DNA of 63,895 nucleotides, filler included, from Octopus bimaculoides (Eukaryota): the NCBI RefSeq assembly GCF_001194135.2. It is 8 parts of 8 records of this genome, joined end to end, with 100 filler letters (N's around TTAATTAATTAA, not from the genome) between each part and the next. Parts side by side here need not be neighbours in the genome. Positions count along the whole stretch, not along the records: positions 44,122 to 60,912 come from NC_068992.1; positions 61,013 to 63,895 come from NW_026371456.1; 6 more parts are not named here. The stretch is one strand, 5' to 3'. How positions within the stretch are numbered: position 1 is the stretch's first letter; every line of letters begins with the position of its first letter. This document shows positions 51,721-63,895 of this stretch, one piece after another. Made by a program: the position numbers and the translations under genes. The notes under the pieces were generated by a model. The model saw only the letters and a program-made list of their open reading frames with translations, had not been told where the DNA came from and ran no database searches.

Positions 51721-52318
51721 TACGAGGGTCAGCTGAAAGGTTCATAGGCTGACCAATATACGCTCATGGAATGTCACCATATGTGGTTTATTTTTCAACA
51801 TAGTCACCCTTGCAATCCACACACTTTTTTCATTGGTGTTGCAGTGCTTGGATCCCATTGCTGAAGAAGCTTTCACCCTGTTGGTCAAAAAAGCCATCAA
51901 CAGCAGATCTGATGTCGTCATCACTGCTATACGGCTTCTCAGCCAAGTGTTTTTTCATGTTGGGAAACAGATGATAGATAAGGTCAAATCAGGAGGTTAG
52001 GAAGGATGATCAAGCCACAGTCATGCACACAGCAACAACTGAAAGCAAATACTTGTGTGCTGGAGCATTGACCTGATGAAACAAGACCCCTTGGTTTAGT
52101 TTTCCTGGGCAGTCGGTCTTGATAGCCTCAGCAAGTTGGCATGATACACTCCATTGATGGCGTGGCCCTTTTGCAGTCTTCTTTGAATAGTGAGATGTCA
52201 GTTTACCTGGGAAGAAACAATGCAGCTATTAATAAGCTGAAATTAATGCATGCAAGATTTCACAGCTCTAGCATCACTCCTTCAGAGTCAGCCTATGAAC
52301 TTTTCCGCCCACTCTCAA

Positions 52319-52321
<3 letters not shown>
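51721..52321 (-). mobile_element. ~600-bp internally deleted mariner with TIRs
   Basis: Left TIR TAcgagggtcagctgaaaggttcataggctgac and degenerate right TIR gtcagcctatgaacttttccgcccactctcaaaTA. The minus strand has FFDQQGESFFSNGIQAL...KKCVDCKGDYVEK*. Confidence 0.85.
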
Positions 52322-52368
<47 letters not shown>

Positions 52369-53369
52369 GCATGCACATACATATACACATATACATAAAC
52401 AGGAATGTAGTTTATAGAGAAATCACTTGTGAGAATAATATGCAACAACAATAACAAACAACCAAAATAAGATTGCAAACAATTTGCTGGCTGGAATTGT
52501 TCCAAAACTTTTTTTTTCTCTTTGGCTTACAGACATAATCAAACACATATTAGATTGACATAGATGTTGAAGAATTAGGTCAATCATCGGCAATATTGAT
52601 CTGTCCAAGAAGAGGAATAATACAAGAAGATACTCAGTAGTTCTGTACACTTATAGTGAGCATTGTTTTGATAGACACCTCAGTTTTTAGTTGAACTCAC
52701 TTCAAATTCCCAGTCAATGATTGTCTTTTTTTTATTACTATTATTTTGTATGGTTAGGTGTGGCTGTGTGTTAAACAACTTACCTCCCAATCATGTGGTC
52801 TTGGATTCAGTCCCACTGTATGGCACCTTGCTTAAGTGAAAGAAGCAGATTGTACATGTCTGTCTGTCTGTCTGTCTGTCTGTCTGCCTGCCTGCCTGCC
52901 TGCCTGTCTGTCTGTCTGTCTGTCTGTCTAGCTGTCTGTCTAGCTGTCTGTCTGTCTGTCTGTATATGTATAAGAAAACAGGAAATTGGGAAATGTTTTA
53001 GTATTATTTAATCACCATTACATATGTTTCATTTACTAATAGGAATTACAAAGTTTTACATGTTTGATAAACATGTAAGAGATTTCCTATTTGAAATTCT
53101 TCAGACAGAGAATCAAATAATACATACAGCAACAACATACTGGATTGTAATAAGGGAATAAGCCGATTTTCCTCAAGAGAAAAATAGTTGGGATTTACCC
53201 TACCTACCTACATAATATATGTATATGTATATATCTATGTGTGTGTGTGTGTCTTTGTATTTCTCTCCTACTACTGCTTGACAGTTTGTGTTGGTTTGTT
53301 TACATTCCTGTAACTTAGCAGGTTGACAAAAGCACCTGATAGAATAAGTACCAGGCTTGAAAAAAAAGG

Positions 53370-54030
53370 GACCCTTTAACCTTTTATTACCATATTTCCA
53401 TTGAAATATACTGCCTTTGTCTCAATTAATTTTGAAAATGATGAAGAATTTAGTAAAATAACTTTGTCTTTATTAACCTGGTGTTAAGGCAGTGAAGCGG
53501 CAGAATTGTTAGCACACCGGGCGAAATGCTTAGCGGTATTTCGTCTGCTGCTACGTCCTGAGTTCAAATCCCACCGAGGTCGACTTTGTCTTTCATCCTT
53601 TCGGGGTTGATTAAATAAGTACCAGTTACACACTGGGGTCGATGTAATCAACTTAATCCCTTTGTCTGTCCTTGTTTGTCCCTTCTATGTGAAGCCCCTT
53701 GTGGGCAGTAAAGAAATAAGAATTGTCAGCATGCTGGTCAAAATGCCTAATGACATTTTGTCCATTTTGACATTCTGAGTTCAAATTCCGCCAAGGTTGA
53801 CATTGCCTTTCCTTCTTTCGGGGGCAATGAAATAAATACCAGTTATGCACTGGGTTTGATGTAACCGACTAGCTCCCTCCTTCAGAGTTTCAGTCCTTGA
53901 GCTTACAGCAGAAAAGATTATTAACCTGGTGTTTGGAATATAAATCATCATGAAATTTTGAAAGACGGTTTTAATTAAAATCACTTTAAACATTAAGTTT
54001 GTATCACAGAAGCAGATTCGGTCTTGCACA
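53370..54030 (+). mobile_element. Unclassified repeat split by a SINE pair (53487-53915) with a 16-bp target-site duplication
   Basis: ttattaacctggtgtt at 53470-53485 and 53918-53933. The host repeat recurs at ~59650-59725. Confidence 0.7.
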
Positions 54031-55026
54031 GGCCAGTATCAAACGGGTCAAGGTGGTAGCTGAGCATGGCTGCAGTCCAGTGGCTGAAATAAGTAAAAGA
54101 TTAAAAGATAAAAGATAAAGGTTTCGTTTTTGTATTTTGTTTTTATTGTTTTATGCTTCGGGGTTTATATTTTTATTCTTTGTTCTATATCTTCTCCATC
54201 CACTGCTGCCAGCATTACAAATCCCCATGACCNNNNNNNNNNNNNNNNNNNNNNNNNNNNNNNNNNNNNNNNNNNNNNNNNNNNNNNNNNNNNNNNNNNN
54301 NNNNNNNNNNNNNNNNNNNNNNNNNNNNNNNNNNNNNNNNNNNNNNNNNNNNNNNNNNNNNNNNNNNNNNNNNNNNNNNNNNNNNNNNNNNNNNNNNNNN
54401 NNNNNNNNNNNNNNNNNNNNNNNNNNNNNNNNNNNNNNNNNNNNNNNNNNNNNNNNNNNNNNNNNNNNNNNNNNNNNNNNNNNNNNNNNNNNNNNNNNNN
54501 NNNNNNNNNNNNNNNNNNNNNNNNNNNNNNNNNNNNNNNNNNNNNNNNNNNNNNNNNNNNNNNNNNNNNNNNNNNNNNNNNNNNNNNNNNCAACTACACT
54601 CATCACCAGCATCACTATCACTACCACCACCACCACCACCACCACCACCACCACCATCACCACATTTGCTGCCACGCTACTACCACCGCCACCATCACCT
54701 ATATCGCTATCGTTATTACTACCACTGAAAACATCGCTGTGATCACCACTACCACTACCACCAAGAACAACAGTACCACCAACAACCTCATCAATGTAAC
54801 ACAACCATCTCTTCTGCTACAATTATTACTACCACTACCACTACTACCACCATAACCGCAATCATTTTAGCCAAGTGTTAAGCACTGGATCTGGCAGCAG
54901 CTTAGAAGGATATTGGCCAAGTGTTAATTAGTGTATTTGTCTGGAATTAAGAGAGGTTTTAGGTCAAGTATCATATCTAACTGGAGTTAGATGTATTTGG
55001 ATCATACTTCAGTTATTATATCAAGT

Positions 55027-55418
55027 TGTGGAGGTGCAATGGCCCAGTGGTTAGGGCAGCAGACTCGCGGTCATAGGATCGCGGTTTCGATTCCCAGACC
55101 GGGCGTTGTGAGTGTTTATTGAGCGAAAACACCTAAAGCTCCACGAGGCTCCGGCAGGGGATGGTGGTGAACCCTGCTGTACTCTTTCACTACAACTTTC
55201 TCTCACTCTTACTTCCTGTTTCTGTTGTGCCTGTAATTCAAAGGGTCAGCCTTGTCACACTCTGTCGCACTGAATATCCCCGAGAACTACGTTAAGGGTA
55301 CACGTGTCTGTGGAGTGCTCAGCCACTTGCACATTAATTTCACAAGCAGGCTGTTCCGTTGATCGGATCAACTGGAACCCTCGGCATCGTAAGCGACGGA
55401 GTGCCAACAACAACAACA
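55027..55418 (+). mobile_element. Full-length tRNA-derived SINE (~390 bp) with (CAA)n tail
   Basis: A box tggcccagtggttaggg, B box ggtttcgattccc, and 3' end gacggagtgc(caa)n. Confidence 0.9.
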
Positions 55419-55995
55419 TATATCAAGTTAGAGTTAGGGTTGTTTTAGGCTGAGTGTGAAGTATTGAATCCAGCTGGACTTAAAGCATTGTGAAGGAGGG
55501 ATAGAATCATTTAAAAATATGGTTTTCTTTTGAATAGGTAGAAAGGCTCTGTATATTTTAGAGAAGGGATATGGTAAGATGTGTTTCATGCCATTCACAA
55601 AAGAATTAGTAGCATAAATGAAGCTTCAACCAGGAGTTGAAACTATGATGTTTAATTTTCTTGCATAGGGGTTAGTAGGTTTCAGTCATTAAAGTGTATC
55701 CATGGTGGAGCACCACCTTATGGGATATTGCTAAACAAATCGATCCCAGTGGTGATTTTAAGTTTGGGTCTCTCTCTGTTCATTTCTTATAGCCAGTTCA
55801 CTAAGTGAAAAACAAACACACACACACACACATATACTCCTACATAGTTGCCATTTACCAAATTCACTTATAAGACTTCAGTTGAACTAGAGCTTTAGTA
55901 GAAGACACACACCTACTGAAGGTACCACTGTAGGGCTGAATCTGAAACCACATAGTTACAAAGTAAATTTCTTAAGTACAGAACCATACCAATAT

Positions 55996-56345
55996 CATCA
56001 TCATCATCATCATTTAATGTCTGTTTTCCATGCTGGCATGGGTTGGATGGTTTGACTGAAAACTGGTAAACTGGGGAGCTACACCAGGTTCCAATCTGAT
56101 TTTGGCATGTTTTCTATAGCTGGATGCCTTTCCTAATGCCAACTACTCCAAGGGTCTAGTGGGTGCTTTTTACATGCCACTAGTATGGGTGCCAGTTGCG
56201 TGACACCACTATCAGCCATGACTACAATCTTACTTGGCTTGACAAGTCTTTTCAAGTATGGTGTACTGCCAAAGATCTCAGTCACTTGTCGCTGCCTCTG
56301 TGAGGCCCAATATTTGAAGGGTACTTTTTATGTGTCAATGGCACA
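55996..56345 (-). mobile_element. Same RTE-tail family, older copy 4
   Basis: (atc)n...ctgttttccatgctggcatgggttgga...gctggatgcctttcctaatgccaac. Confidence 0.75.
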
Positions 56346-58679
56346 GAAACTCTGATGTTTGCACTATCTCTGGACCGGAGTAGTAAAACAGCTTAAAACA
56401 GGAAATGGACACTCTGTGCTGTAGTATAGACTTACCAAGAGACTACATTCTATGCTACTGTTTGTGTGATGTAAGAACTAAGAGAAGTTTATCTTTTACT
56501 TCTGTCAGTCATTGGATTGCGACCATGTTCGGACATTGCCTTGAAGGATTTAGTCAAAGGAATGACCCCAGTACTTATTTTCTAAGCCTAGTACTTATTT
56601 TGTCAATCACCTTTGCTGAACTGCCTAGTTACGAAGACATAAAGAAACCAACACGAGTTGTGAAGAAGTGGTGGGGAACAAACATAATACAAAGACACAC
56701 ACACACACACACACACATACACATGCATACATATGATGATCTTCTTTCATTTCCTGTCTTTCAAATCCACCCACAAGGCTTTGGTCAGCTTGGGGCTATA
56801 GTAGAAGCCACATGCCCAAGGTGCCATGCAGTGGGACTGAACCTGAAACCACATGGTTAGGTAGCAAGCTTCTTATATAGACAACTATGTCATTTGTTGC
56901 AATGTTAAGTGAACTTTCTGCATAGCTGTCACAAATAAAATGCAGTTTTTTTGATTTTTGGAGGAATTTTTTGACATTTCACAGTATAAATTTTACAGAA
57001 TGGTAAANNNNNNNNNNNNNNNNNNNNNNNNNNNNNNNNNNNNNNNNNNNNNNNNNNNNNNNNNNNNNNNNNNNNNNNNNNNNNNNNNNNNNNNNNNNNN
57101 NNNNNNNNNNNNNNNNNNNNNNNNNNNNNNNNNNNNNNNNNNNNNNNNNNNNNNNNNNNNNNNNNNNNNNNNNNNNNNNNNNNNNNNNNNNNNNNNNNNN
57201 NNNNNNNNNNNNNNNNNNNNNNNNNNNNNNNNNNNNNNNNNNNNNNNNNNNNNNNNNNNNNNNNNNNNNTCACAATGTAGATTATAAAATGACAAAATTG
57301 CAAAAAAAATAATCATTTTAGAGGGGCAGATAGTGTGAAGACACAGTTAAAGCAGAGTAGGGGTGGGGGTTTGAGATAGTTGAAAAACATGAATTTTGGA
57401 AATTTTTTTTTTTTTTTTTTTAAATGCAATTTATAATTGCTTTTGCAATGTGGGATACTATAAAACATGGAAAAATTTTGCGCCCAAAACCTTGCAAAAT
57501 TCCATTTTATTCATGACAGCTATTCTGAAAGTCCACCCAACACTAATCTCATGACTATATCAATCAAGCTGTGGGTTTCATGTCAGAAATTTGTGTGTGT
57601 GTGTCGTTTGTCTGCAAGATTCAATCAATCGTTTCATTTATCATCATCATCATCATCATCATCATCATTATTATTATTATTTGTTTATTTATATATTTAT
57701 CTATCTATTTTTACTACCCTTTCTCTCTGAATTACCCAACAATTCAATGGATGTGTACCAATATGGCGACTTCGGTGCATTGTAGTCTGTACACACTACA
57801 TATGCTCACTAAAAGGAGATAAAAAAAAAACAACATAAAAACAACAACATAAAAACAAAACAAAATTGATGGAAAAATACAGATAAATCTGTAAAAATGT
57901 GTCAATCGATTTTTTTCTTACTATTAAACTGTGTTCGCTATATACAATGTTTTTTTTATGATGGTTATCTTATTTTTTTTCTTTCTCTCAAATGGTACAG
58001 GGTATTTCCTTCTGATATGTTTTTATTTACTTCTAAAGCATACTAAGAAAGAATTGAAAGTAAAGCAAAAAAAAAAAATAATAAATAAATAAAATTGATA
58101 AANNNNNNNNNNNNNNNNNNNNNNNNNNNNNNNNNNNNNNNNNNNNNNNNNNNNNNNNNNNNNNNNNNNNNNNNNNNNNNNNNNNNNNNNNNNNNNNNNN
58201 NNNNNNNNNNNNNNNNNNNNNNNNNNNNNNNNNNNNNNNNNNNNNNNNNNNNNNNNNNNNNNNNNNNNNNNNNNNNNNNNNNNNNNNNNNNNNNNNNNNN
58301 NNNNNNNNNNNNNNNNNNNNNNNNNNNNNNNNNNNNNNNNNNNNNNNNNNNNNNNNNNNNNNNNNNNNNNNNNNNNNNNNNNNNNNNNNNNNNNNNNNNN
58401 NNNNNNNNNNNNNNNNNNNNNNNNNNNNNNNNNNNNNNNNNNNNNNNNNNNNNNNNNNNNNNNNNNNNNNNNNNNNNNNNNNNNNNNNNNNNNNNNNNNN
58501 NNNNNNNNNNNNNNNNNNNNNNNNNNNNNNNNNNNNNNNNNNNNNNNNNNNNNNNNNNNNNNNNNNNNNNNNNNNNNNNNNNNNNNNNNNNNNNNNNNNN
58601 NNNNNNNNNNNNNNNNNNNNNNNNNNNNNNNNNNNNNNNNNNNNNNNNNNNNNNNNNNNNNNNNNNNNNNNNNNNNNNN

Positions 58680-58752
<73 letters not shown>

Positions 58753-60862
58753 CCTAAAAATGTATACATGCATATATTTATAAAATGAGTAGTATCAGAA
58801 TATATTTATTTTTACGGTGAGTTTAACAATCTATAATTTATTAAGCAAGAGAATTTGTAGTCATGGTGTTACGAATGATTTCTATTATTATTTAGACAGG
58901 GTAAAACCATTGATGTCTGTGAAAGCATGTAGTGGTTACTAACAGCATGTTTAACATCTACTGTAAGCATTAACCCTTGGTTTGTTTAAAGTTTGTTTCT
59001 TTGAATGCTCTTTAACCCTATGCTTAAAGTAATGATTTCCAATAGGCAACTTCAATGATTATTTGATTACTATTTTTCTTGCATGATTAATGTAAAAGCC
59101 AGAAAAGATATATTTCTAAAGCTTATAAGCAGTGACGCCACTGTATGGTAAGAAGTTTGCTACCCAGCTGCATAGTTCTGGGTTAAAACCTCATTGTGTT
59201 GCACCTTTTACTATGGGTACAAGGCCCGAAATTTTGGGGAGGAGGATAGTTGATTACATTGATCCCCCAGTATTCAACTGGTACTTAATTTATTGACCCC
59301 CAAAAGAATGAAAGGCAAAGTCAACCTCGGGATTGAATCCAAAACCATGCAAGTTTTTGTGAAGATCCCTTAACAAAAAGATGTTTACTTTTTATTTTAG
59401 TAGTTGATCTACAATTAAAGTGAACTAAATGCCAAGTAAAAGTTGCCTCTTTCAATCAATGTATGAAACCAATGTAGAGGCTGCACATTCAATATTAGAC
59501 CAGTTTTGTTGGTGTTTTACCAAATCTGTGACAAATGGATGCTACAGTTTGTTTGTTGTGAGATTACATTCTTGTTATTTTTGTTATGATGCCTCCATTG
59601 TCAATGAAGGTTATTATCCTGCTGGGAATGACTGAACAATGACAGCTTCCTTTGACCATTTTTTGCTACCATATTTCTGTTGGACTATACTGCCCTTGTT
59701 TCAGTTAATTTTGAAAATAAGGAAAAAGACCACCCCCATAGAACTGGGTGCAGTCTTAGACAGGTTCGTATCAAAAGGATCAATAATGATTTCAACTATG
59801 AAAAGTAACCCATCTTCTGCCTTCTTTCATTATTGTCATTAAAGTTTAATCTGTGAAATTCAAGATAAATTATTTATAAGAATTCATATAGTAATACATC
59901 TTTGCAGCGCTAGTTCATTCTTGTTTTTTTTTTTTAGATAAACTTATTCTTTCCACCAGAGTTGTTGGTGAAGTTGCAATTTTTGTGAGTGTTAAGCTTT
60001 TGCTGATGTTGTTGAGTTAGAGATGATAGATTATTATAATTAGGTTCATTAAATATGCGATTTTACTTATACTTTTATAAAACATTTGGCAATACCTATG
60101 TTGGGGAAAAGTGTTTTTAGTAATGAGAAAAAAAGATGTAGCGTAGCTACTTCTAGATTGTGTGGTGGATTAAACTACATGATGTCAATTTTTTTATTCT
60201 TATGGTTGAATGATTCATCTGTGGGTTTAAAGTAGGTGATTTTTTTCATGTAAACTCCTAAGTTTCAGATCCTCATATTAATATGAAACATTATTTTTGA
60301 ATACTTATTTATTATATAAATTATATAAATTCTTCAGAACCATGTTTCCCTTCAGAGAGCCCCAGAGATGAAGAAGCACTAAAATTTCATTATAATATTG
60401 TGTATAAGTGTCACGTACCTGAGTATTGATAGGTGTGTAACAAAACTGCTGAATTGCTTATATGAATAAGCCAACAGATTATGTCCTTATGCATCACTGA
60501 AATGTTATATTAATACTGTATTCAATAGATATCAACTGTACTATAAATAGACACATAATTACATACTCTGTATACAGATGTGAGCCATAACTACAGGTGG
60601 TTTTATCTTTTACTCTAAAACACTAACCAAATTATTCTACATATATGAATAAATATAGATATGAATGGAAAGTATGAGCAAATGATAAATGAAAGAAGTA
60701 AAATACGTTTTTATTAATTTTTTTATTATGCAATAAGGTTTTTTTTAAATAAATTATATAATTGCTTTCATACATGGATACACACACATGCACACACACA
60801 TACTGTATTTTTCTGCATGCAGGTATATATATATAACATTAGTTTGTTTATATTTACATTCA

Positions 60863-60912
<50 letters not shown>

Positions 60913-61012
60913 NNNNNNNNNNNNNNNNNNNNNNNNNNNNNNNNNNNNNNNNNNNNTTAATTAATTAANNNNNNNNNNNNNNNNNNNNNNNNNNNNNNNN
61001 NNNNNNNNNNNN

Positions 61013-61050
<38 letters not shown>

Positions 61051-61065
61051 TACATACACACACAC

Positions 61066-61101
<36 letters not shown>

Positions 61102-61143
61102 ATGTATGCACATATAAATATACACACACACACACATATAAAT

Positions 61144-61179
<36 letters not shown>

Positions 61180-62004
61180 AATTCAGAACTAAAATAGTGA
61201 CACTTAAAATTATATACACATGTTTGTATGAATGTATGTATACGGATGTGTGTGCGTGTGTCTGTGTGTGCGCGCGTGCGTGTGTTCGTGTGTTTATATA
61301 CAAATGCATATATCGATAGCGGACGTAAAAGATAAAAGGTACTGGAACATGAAAAGCCAGATATAGAGAGATAAAGAGAGAGAAAAAGAAAGAGAGAGAG
61401 GGTGGAAAACGAGGGCGCGAATGAAAGGGGCAAGAATTCGAGAAAGAGAGAGGGAGAGAGAGAGAGAGAGAGAGAGAAAGAAAGAGAGTAGATGAGTGGG
61501 TGAGTCTAGAAAACCCAAATAAACATTTTCAGAAAAGGGTGGAAAATGCCCCCGTATAGAAATAAACTTGTCGAAATATCAAATCAAAAATCAAAAAAAA
61601 AAAAAATTCTTCCACCATCTACGTATTAGTAAACTGAATCTTTTTGGTTACTCCTTGTTCCTAGTGGTAACTGACGGTACTGGAGGGTGTTTCTCCGCTT
61701 TTATGTTGCTGTTGTTGTTTTTGCTGTTGTTGTTGTTGTTGTTGTTGTTGTTGCTGTTGTTGTTTGCTTGTTCTACCATTGGAGTTTGACTAGGAATCAG
61801 TTAGGTTAACTAAAAATAATTCATTACATTTTCTGAAGATATAAACATACAACAGGAAGACATAACATAATTCTGTTTTGACAAAAAGGCAAAAAAAAAA
61901 GAAAAAAAAATTACGAAGGAAAATAAAACAAACAATAGATCTAAAACAAAAGAGAGAAAAAGTAAGAAGAAAAAGGGTAAAAACACCACTAAACGAAAGA
62001 AAAT

Positions 62005-62056
<52 letters not shown>

Positions 62057-62061
62057 TGATG

Positions 62062-62114
<53 letters not shown>

Positions 62115-62115
62115 A

Positions 62116-62151
<36 letters not shown>

Positions 62152-62781
62152 ATTATTATAATGATAAAGACTGCGGTGAATTTTTACCTACACTGTGTTA
62201 CGAAGGAATAATAATANNNNNNNNNNNNNNNNNNNNNNNNNNNNNNNNNNNNNNNNNNNNNNNNNNNNNNNNNNNNNNNNNNNNNNNNNNNNNNNNNNNN
62301 NNNNNNNNNNNNNNNNNNNNNNNNNNNNNNNNNNNNNNNNNNNNNNNNNNNNNNNNNNNNNNNNNNNNNNNNNNNNNNNNNNNNNNNNNNNNNNNNNNNN
62401 NNNNNNNNNNNNNNNNNNNNNNNNNNNNNNNNNNNNNNNNNNNNNNNNNNNNNNNNNNNNNNNNNNNNNNNNNNNNNNNNNNNNNNNNNNNNNNNNNNNN
62501 NNNNNNNNNNNNNNNNNNNNNNNNNNNNNNNNNNNNNNNNNNNNNNNNNNNNNNNNNNNNNNNNNNNNNNNNNNNNNNNNNNNNNNNNNNNNNNNNNNNN
62601 NNNNNNNNNNNNNNNNNNNNNNNNNNNNNNNNNNNNNNNNNNNNNNNNNNNNNNNNNNNNNNNNNNNNNNNNNNNNNNNNNNNNNNNNNNNNNNNNNNNN
62701 NNNNNNNNNNNNNNNNNNNNNNNNNNNNNNNNNNNNNNNNNNGTGAAGTGAAAGCATGTTATAAAAATAAAACTACTGAAC

Positions 62782-62817
<36 letters not shown>

Positions 62818-62838
62818 TATAAAAATAATAATAATAAT

Positions 62839-62902
<64 letters not shown>

Positions 62903-63895
62903 TTAGATTGAATGAGTAAATAAAATGAGATGAAAGACGAAACATGAAAATATGTGGGGATGATGATGGTGGGGTGTTATTGGTGGAAACAAATTCATGA
63001 GATATGTCCCACATCCGCCGAAACATGCTGCAAATATATAAATATAGTTATGCTGTTGTTTGTGTTGTTATGGATGATGTAGTTGTTTTTATTAGCTCCG
63101 GATCAGAATTCTAACGAGATATTACTTATAACTAGAATGTCCAAAGAAGTACGCTGCATGTAAAATTAATTGTCAAGAGATCGCTGGCCATGGTAAAACA
63201 AGCATTTTTATTTAATTAAAATTACACAATTACTAATGAGAAAAGAATCATTATACTTGATCAATTCTTGCCAAATATTCCATAGAAGACAATACTGAAT
63301 ATATACATTTGCTGAAATCTAATTGAAATTTTATATACAATTGTGAGCGAATCTGATCTTTAGCAAGTAAGGTAACTCTGGACATGTTCCGGTATTATAC
63401 AGGTCACATCAGCGAAATGTAGTATAATCGCGGCTGCGTAGCATGAAGCTTGCTTCTCAGCCGCATGATTCAGGTTCAGTTCCACTACATAGCACCTTGG
63501 GTGCTACGTAGTGGAACTGTATATATATATATATATATATATATTGTGTTCTGGTTATTTATATTGCTTTGTCTAAGCGAAATCATATTCTACAATTATA
63601 AAAGTCGGATGGCTACAAGTGGATATTGTACCCATGAACCCGTCCAGCACTTTTCTTCGCGGATCTACAGCAACAAGCTAAGAATACCAAAACTAAATCA
63701 CCATGACCACCTCTAAGAATAATAACAAATTCATTACTGTTGTAATTTTGTCTTTCATGTTCTGTCTCACCTCTCTCTTTCACTTTCTACCTGTCTATCT
63801 ATTTCTCTCTCATTCTCTCACTCCTTCTCTCTCTCTCTCTCTCATTTTGTTAGTTTCTCTCTCTCTCTCTCTCTCTCTCTTCCCCTTCTCTCTCT

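Overview
Eukaryotic, AT-rich, microsatellite-dense draft sequence with many N gaps and TTAATTAATTAA spacer tags. It is most likely octopus or another cephalopod, inferred from repeat composition, not proven. No prokaryotic genes, rRNA, true tRNA genes or CRISPR were found. The only recognisable host coding sequence is a minus-strand interleukin-17-like exon (12771-12469). It lacks both cysteines of one canonical IL-17 disulfide, and its TGA is followed in frame by about 140 more open codons. The rest is mostly decayed mobile DNA: three Penelope-like (RT/GIY-YIG) fragments, a Ty3/Gypsy LTR element, R4/Dong-like and CR1/L2-like LINE pieces, three Tc1/mariner relics and many SINEs. The main hidden structures are several type-I hammerhead ribozyme motifs in Penelope termini. 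One looks intact (32052-32146), and two ~200-bp palindromes (13.2 kb, 48.9 kb) are back-to-back hammerhead-bearing arms. A SINE-like element is also present whose tail and head halves have each expanded into microsatellite-linked tandem arrays. All alignments and folds were done by eye and coordinates of degenerate repeats are approximate.
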